A stretch of DNA of 64,000 bases from a virus (taxonomy: Duplodnaviria > Caudoviricetes), in IMG/VR virus record IMGVR_UViG_3300021288_000002, positions 1,934 through 65,933 of that record, one strand, 5' to 3'. Positions 59,965-64,000 of the stretch are shown in pieces (position 1 is the first letter of the stretch; the number at the start of each line of letters is the position of its first letter). The notes beneath the pieces were generated by a model, which worked only from the letters and a program-made list of their open reading frames with translations, searched no databases and had not been told where the DNA came from. The translations under genes and the position numbers were made by a program.

Positions 59965-60699
59965 TTATTCCTCTTCAAGACGGGGTGCAAGCAAGTATTC
60001 TAAACAACCATCTCCGGTGATTAATGTGAAATTAATCTTTAATGGCATATCGTTACCAAGATAGATGTTGCATTGTTCGCTGAATTTATGTGCTTTCATG
60101 ATTTCCTGTAGTTTTGGTATGCTGAAACTTGATTTAACTACTTGAAGTATGTTTTCTCCGTGCAGGTATTCTGTTTCTGCTTCTCCTTTTTGACCGGAGG
60201 TTTTTACTTTGAAGTAGTTTTCATCAACAATGAAATCTAATTTGTCACTGAAGAATCCCATATCATCAATGTAATTTTTCAAGAGTGTACTTGGTATTGT
60301 TATTTTAGTTGGAAGGTCAATATTTGGAGGGGTTGGATTATCATACTCCATATCAATGAAAGGTAATTTGAATTTCCTTCTAGCATCACCATCAAAAGTA
60401 ATTAATATACTACTCTCATCTACACTAAGTTTCAAAATATCATCATTTTTGCACTTTTTCAGTATAGTATTGAAATCATCACAATCAATAGCCATCTTCT
60501 CAGGAACATCACACTCATACTCATCAAACAAAGTCTTATCTAAATCCAAAGTAACAAAAGTTATATGACTACTGTCCAATGCTCTTAAATGCATTCCTTC
60601 ACTATCTGCAGTTAATGTAATTTCATCAACGATTTTACTAATACTTTCAAAAGAATTTTTTATTACACTATTATTGCTTAACTCTACTTTAAAGGCCAT
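59965..60699 (-). CDS. pcn: PCNA sliding clamp
   Basis: ALDSSH...L.L...FDEY..., C-terminal YLLAPRLEEE. Confidence 0.95.
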   Translation of the reverse strand: MAFKVELSNNSVIKNSFESISKIVDEITLTADSEGMHLRALDSSHITFVTLDLDKTLFDEYECDVPEKMAIDCDDFNTILKKCKNDDILKLSVDESSILITFDGDARRKFKLPFIDMEYDNPTPPNIDLPTKITIPSTLLKNYIDDMGFFSDKLDFIVDENYFKVKTSGQKGEAETEYLHGENILQVVKSSFSIPKLQEIMKAHKFSEQCNIYLGNDMPLKINFTLITGDGCLEYLLAPRLEEE

Positions 60700-60938
60700 T
60701 TTTCCAGCTCCTCAATACTTGTTATAACATGATCCACATCATTATCTGTTAATTGTGCTGCGCTAATACTATCCAAACTAATTATCATATCCTCTGTTAC
60801 AATGGATTCTTTTTTTAGATCAACATTTTTGTCGGGTCCTATGAAATATGATGGTCGTGAGGATTTAGGTATTAGTTCAACAGTTTTGTTCTCTTTTTTT
60901 GCTTTGAATAGCAATTGACTGAGTAAATTATAATCCAT
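60684..60938 (-). CDS. hypothetical protein
   Basis: Coupled ORF. Confidence 0.5.
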   Translation of the reverse strand: MDYNLLSQLLFKAKKENKTVELIPKSSRPSYFIGPDKNVDLKKESIVTEDMIISLDSISAAQLTDNDVDHVITSIEELEKWPLK

Positions 60939-61119
60939 TGTTTATTCCACCTTTTTCTCTATTATCAGTAGTTGTGAATAGGTATCCTGTTTTGATTATT
61001 GTTGAATCGGTCATATGGTCTTCAGCATAGTGTTTAACTATGTCTAAAAAATTATTAAAAGTAGATTCCGATACATGTCCTCCACAATTAACTTCTAATA
61101 ATACTTTTTTAAAGCTCAT
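60928..61119 (-). CDS. hypothetical protein
   Basis: Coupled ORF. Confidence 0.5.
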   Translation of the reverse strand: MSFKKVLLEVNCGGHVSESTFNNFLDIVKHYAEDHMTDSTIIKTGYLFTTTDNREKGGINNGL

Positions 61120-63045
61120 AATAAATCCCCATTATATTCACCAAGTTTTTTTAATTTTAGTTTTAATTCAAAATTTTCTTTTTCAAAATTATGAATATAA
61201 TCACTTGCTTTGTCAGGTGATCTGCATAGTTCAGTGATTTCTTTTTCAATATCAGTATAATCCAGATTCATACTTTTCCATGTTAATTCTGTTAATTTCA
61301 TAGTTAATACACGATTTTCCATTCTTAAATGTCTATTTACTGCTTTTAATTCTATGCTGCGGATTAAATCGTTTTGTGTTCTTTTTGCCTCTATTTCCAG
61401 CATGTTTAGGATGCCACATATTTCTTCTAATGAGTATGTTTTGTCTGTGAATCTGTTTTTGATTTTATCATCTTCAACGTGATATTGGTTCATTCTAATT
61501 CAACTCCCAATTCCTTTGCAATATCCATAATACTTGCTCTTAATAGATTATATGCTTCATATACTATTATATCATCTATATTTTTATTCATCTGTTGTAT
61601 TGCATAATTGTAATGTTTTTTCAATTGTTCAGCAGTATCTAAACGATACTGAGTATCTCCATCCATAACTTCTTTGAGTAAATCACTTCTATCATGTAAT
61701 CTGTTAAATTCATTGCACACTTCCTTTGCCTGAGAATATGTTTCAATCCAAATAGGTTCCAGGATATTTAGATTATCATGAATATGCTCATCATCAATGT
61801 AAAATCTATTTTTAGTCATCGTTTAACTCCATTTTTTTTAAAGATTCAAAAAGAGTATCAATTAAAAAATCAGCGAAATTTGCAACTAACAATTTTTCAG
61901 AACGAGTTAAATCATCATGAAAATTAGTATACCATACGTATTTCTGATAAATAACTTCATTCACATTATCTTCACTCAAACCATTTAATAACAGATTATT
62001 TAATGATGCAATCCTATTTTTAGAAAATTCATTTTCATTATTTAAATTATTCATTTCATCAATCATTTCAAAAACATTCAAACCATCTTCTTTCTCATTA
62101 TCCCAAACTGGATTGAGGACATGAAACTTTTTAATATTTTTATTTAACCTATTCTCAAATCGTTTTCGAGTCATTCAAATATCTCCTTTCGCAATTCCTC
62201 GATTTCATCTTCATAATATAATGCTCTATCAACTTCATCACTTGTTACCCATAAACACTCTGATTTTGCTTCAAATAATTCCTTTTTTAGAGATTGGTTT
62301 TCTTCTTTAAGTTTCATTATTTGTGTTTCCAAGTCAGTGATGTTGTCTGATTGTTTTAATACCTGATTCTCTTCAATTATCTCATTTACATAATCAATAA
62401 ATTCCTGCATACTTTCACGGGCATGTTTACCACAGGCACTAAAAACTCCATGAGTACGGCTATTGTCAATGTCTTTAATAACAAACTCACATAAGTTACC
62501 TAAACCTATTATATGGAATTCAGTCATTTTATCACATCATTAAATGTAGGGTCTTCATTTAACTGTTTCATCTCATCCTCAATATCTATACTATTGTCAT
62601 AGGCTTCATGGATGTAGTTTTTTTCTGATTCATATAATCGTTTTTTCAATTCATAATTCTCTTTCTGCAATCCAATATTATCCTCTATGACTTTTTTATT
62701 CAGTTTAGATAAATTATTTAACCTATCCACAACCATTGTAGGAGTTATAATATGATTATCACTCCCTAATCGGATATGATGTAATGTGAAATTACCCCAT
62801 TCTCCATCTAAGAAATATTCATCATTATATCGGAGTATTTCATCCAAACTCATTTCCTTTCTTCTTAGTATCATAACTTCTTCAGTTAAATCGTTTAATT
62901 TATCACATAATGCTGGTGCAGCAGAAAAAGGATGGCAGCCTAAATCATTATAGATACAGACTGCATCGGTTCTTTTAGATTCAAAATTATCAACAATATG
63001 ACACATGTTGGTTTGTGGATCAACTTTTAATTCAAATGGTTTCAT
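61116..63045 (-). CDS. cluster of five short related early ORFs (61116-61493, 61490-61819, 61812-62174, 62171-62527, 62524-63045)
   Basis: ATGA-coupled; shared beta-rich start then LNxLxxENxxLK coiled coil. Confidence 0.55.
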
Positions 63046-63365
63046 TTCATCAATTCCTCCAAATAGATTACCTTGACACCATATGCTTTGGCAATCTCAT
63101 GCTCTAATTTACAGCCTCTTGCATTCTCCCAACCGAAACCCATAGCAAGAACATCTGCTTTACTCATGAAAAATATTGACTCGCTGAAACATTCCAATTC
63201 AGATTTCTTTTCAGGATTTTCAACAATGGAAGATATTATTTCACATGTCATATGGTCATACATGTCAAATATTACATCTACCATTTCTTTTTCTTCTTTT
63301 TCAATTTCTTCTCTTGTTTTTCCTTTCATTGGTCTTGAAAGCATTATTTTTATTTTTTCAGTCAT
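63042..63365 (-). CDS. DUF4406 / nucleoside deoxyribosyltransferase-like protein
   Basis: IMLSRPMKG...ADVLAM..GWE.ARGCKLEHEIA..YG. Confidence 0.7.
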   Translation of the reverse strand: MTEKIKIMLSRPMKGKTREEIEKEEKEMVDVIFDMYDHMTCEIISSIVENPEKKSELECFSESIFFMSKADVLAMGFGWENARGCKLEHEIAKAYGVKVIYLEELMK

Positions 63366-63816
63366 TCATAATCAATTCCTTTTTTAATTCTTCTAACGCT
63401 TCTATTCTACCATTCAAATAATCTTCGTAAGTCATTTCATAGTCTTGTTTATCTTTTTCAAGACTTTTATCAATCACTTCAAATACTTTCTGCATTAGTT
63501 TTTCACATTCCACTTCTACTGCAACTTCCTTATCATCTACTTTGGCTTTGAGTTCCTTGTTTTCTTTTTTAATCCCTTGATATTTCTTTTTTAATTCCAT
63601 AAAACTGTCTAATAATTTAGAATATTCTTTATTTTTAAATTCTCCATCTATTTTGAATCCTTTATTTTCTTCTTCTAACTCATTTATCTCTTTAATAAAT
63701 AATTCCATTTCATCTGCATTATTCACATAAAAACTATCAATTCCATTACAGAAATAAGGTTCTTCATTATATCCATTTTCATTATCAATATCAAATGTAA
63801 ATCTTTTTTCAGTCAA
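63358..63816 (-). CDS. hypothetical coiled-coil protein, related to the 61-63 kb family
   Basis: MTEKRF start, INELEEENK. Confidence 0.55.
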   Translation of the reverse strand: MTEKRFTFDIDNENGYNEEPYFCNGIDSFYVNNADEMELFIKEINELEEENKGFKIDGEFKNKEYSKLLDSFMELKKKYQGIKKENKELKAKVDDKEVAVEVECEKLMQKVFEVIDKSLEKDKQDYEMTYEDYLNGRIEALEELKKELIMND

Positions 63817-64000
63817 TTCTCAATCTCCTTTAATTTATTTTTATCCCAATTATTTTTGTTCAAAAATTCAACAACCCTTTCTGCTTCTTCTAATGTATCA
63901 TAACTTCCGAAATAAGTTCTGAAATTATGAACAACACGATTAATAGTATATTTTTTAGATTTTTTATTGTAATGTATCCATCGTGGATTTTTATGCCGAA
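63813..64000 (-). CDS. partial AP2-like domain protein (runs off the window end)
   Basis: IHYNKKSKKYTINR...YFGSYDTLEEA. Confidence 0.55.
   Translation of the reverse strand, partial: RHKNPRWIHYNKKSKKYTINRVVHNFRTYFGSYDTLEEAERVVEFLNKNNWDKNKLKEIEN

Larger units (their letters stand above)
1..64000. mobile_element. Archaeal tailed virus / provirus genome segment (myovirus-like; Methanobacteriales host inferred)
   Basis: Complete terminase-portal-protease-capsid-neck-sheath-tube-tape measure-baseplate-fibre-endolysin module, plus PCNA, ThyA, Dcd and integrases. No host housekeeping operons, rRNA or tRNA seen, and no virus-host boundary visible. Confidence 0.95.

Noticed and set aside
1163-63387. 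Numerous short plus-strand ORFs and nested minus-strand ORFs in the track (e.g. 5084, 15094, 23981, 26459, 38084)
   Set aside because: They are shadows of well-supported minus-strand genes and have no motifs.
1-64000. tRNA or rRNA genes, IS elements, terminal repeats
   Set aside because: None recognisable by eye; a tRNAscan-SE/Infernal run would be needed to exclude them fully.

Overview
The whole 64 kb reads as one AT-rich archaeal head-tail virus or provirus genome (Caudoviricetes). It is probably a myovirus, since it has a tail sheath and baseplate J/W. The host is probably a pseudomurein-walled methanogen (Methanobacteriales, Methanobrevibacter-like), judged from pseudomurein-binding repeats, PCNA, archaeal-type ThyA and a Methanobrevibacter-style adhesin. 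Almost all genes are on the minus strand. Layout: early/replication genes (1-13.6 kb and 54.5-64 kb), a lysogeny/accessory block with two tyrosine recombinases (13.7-20.1 kb), lysis and tail (20.3-42 kb), and head/packaging (42-53.5 kb). The main discovery is a shufflon-like multiple-inversion system at 21564-23652. The tail-fibre gene 23317-24198 ends in a ~110-aa tip that starts at the site TTTTCAACAAATA. Five alternative, in-frame homologous tips sit next to it (four inverted, one in tandem), each starting at TATTCAACAAA(T/G)A. A second large fibre/adhesin (28393-31620) faces a start-less alternative lectin-like tip (27742-28398), a likely second invertible switch. Other candidates include a K-turn-containing antisense sRNA (14111-14212), an iteron-like origin (7702-8178), 15-bp inverted repeats at a probable attP, and a DUF1874/AcrIII-1-like protein lacking its catalytic His. 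All calls are by-eye motif recognition; no database searches were run.
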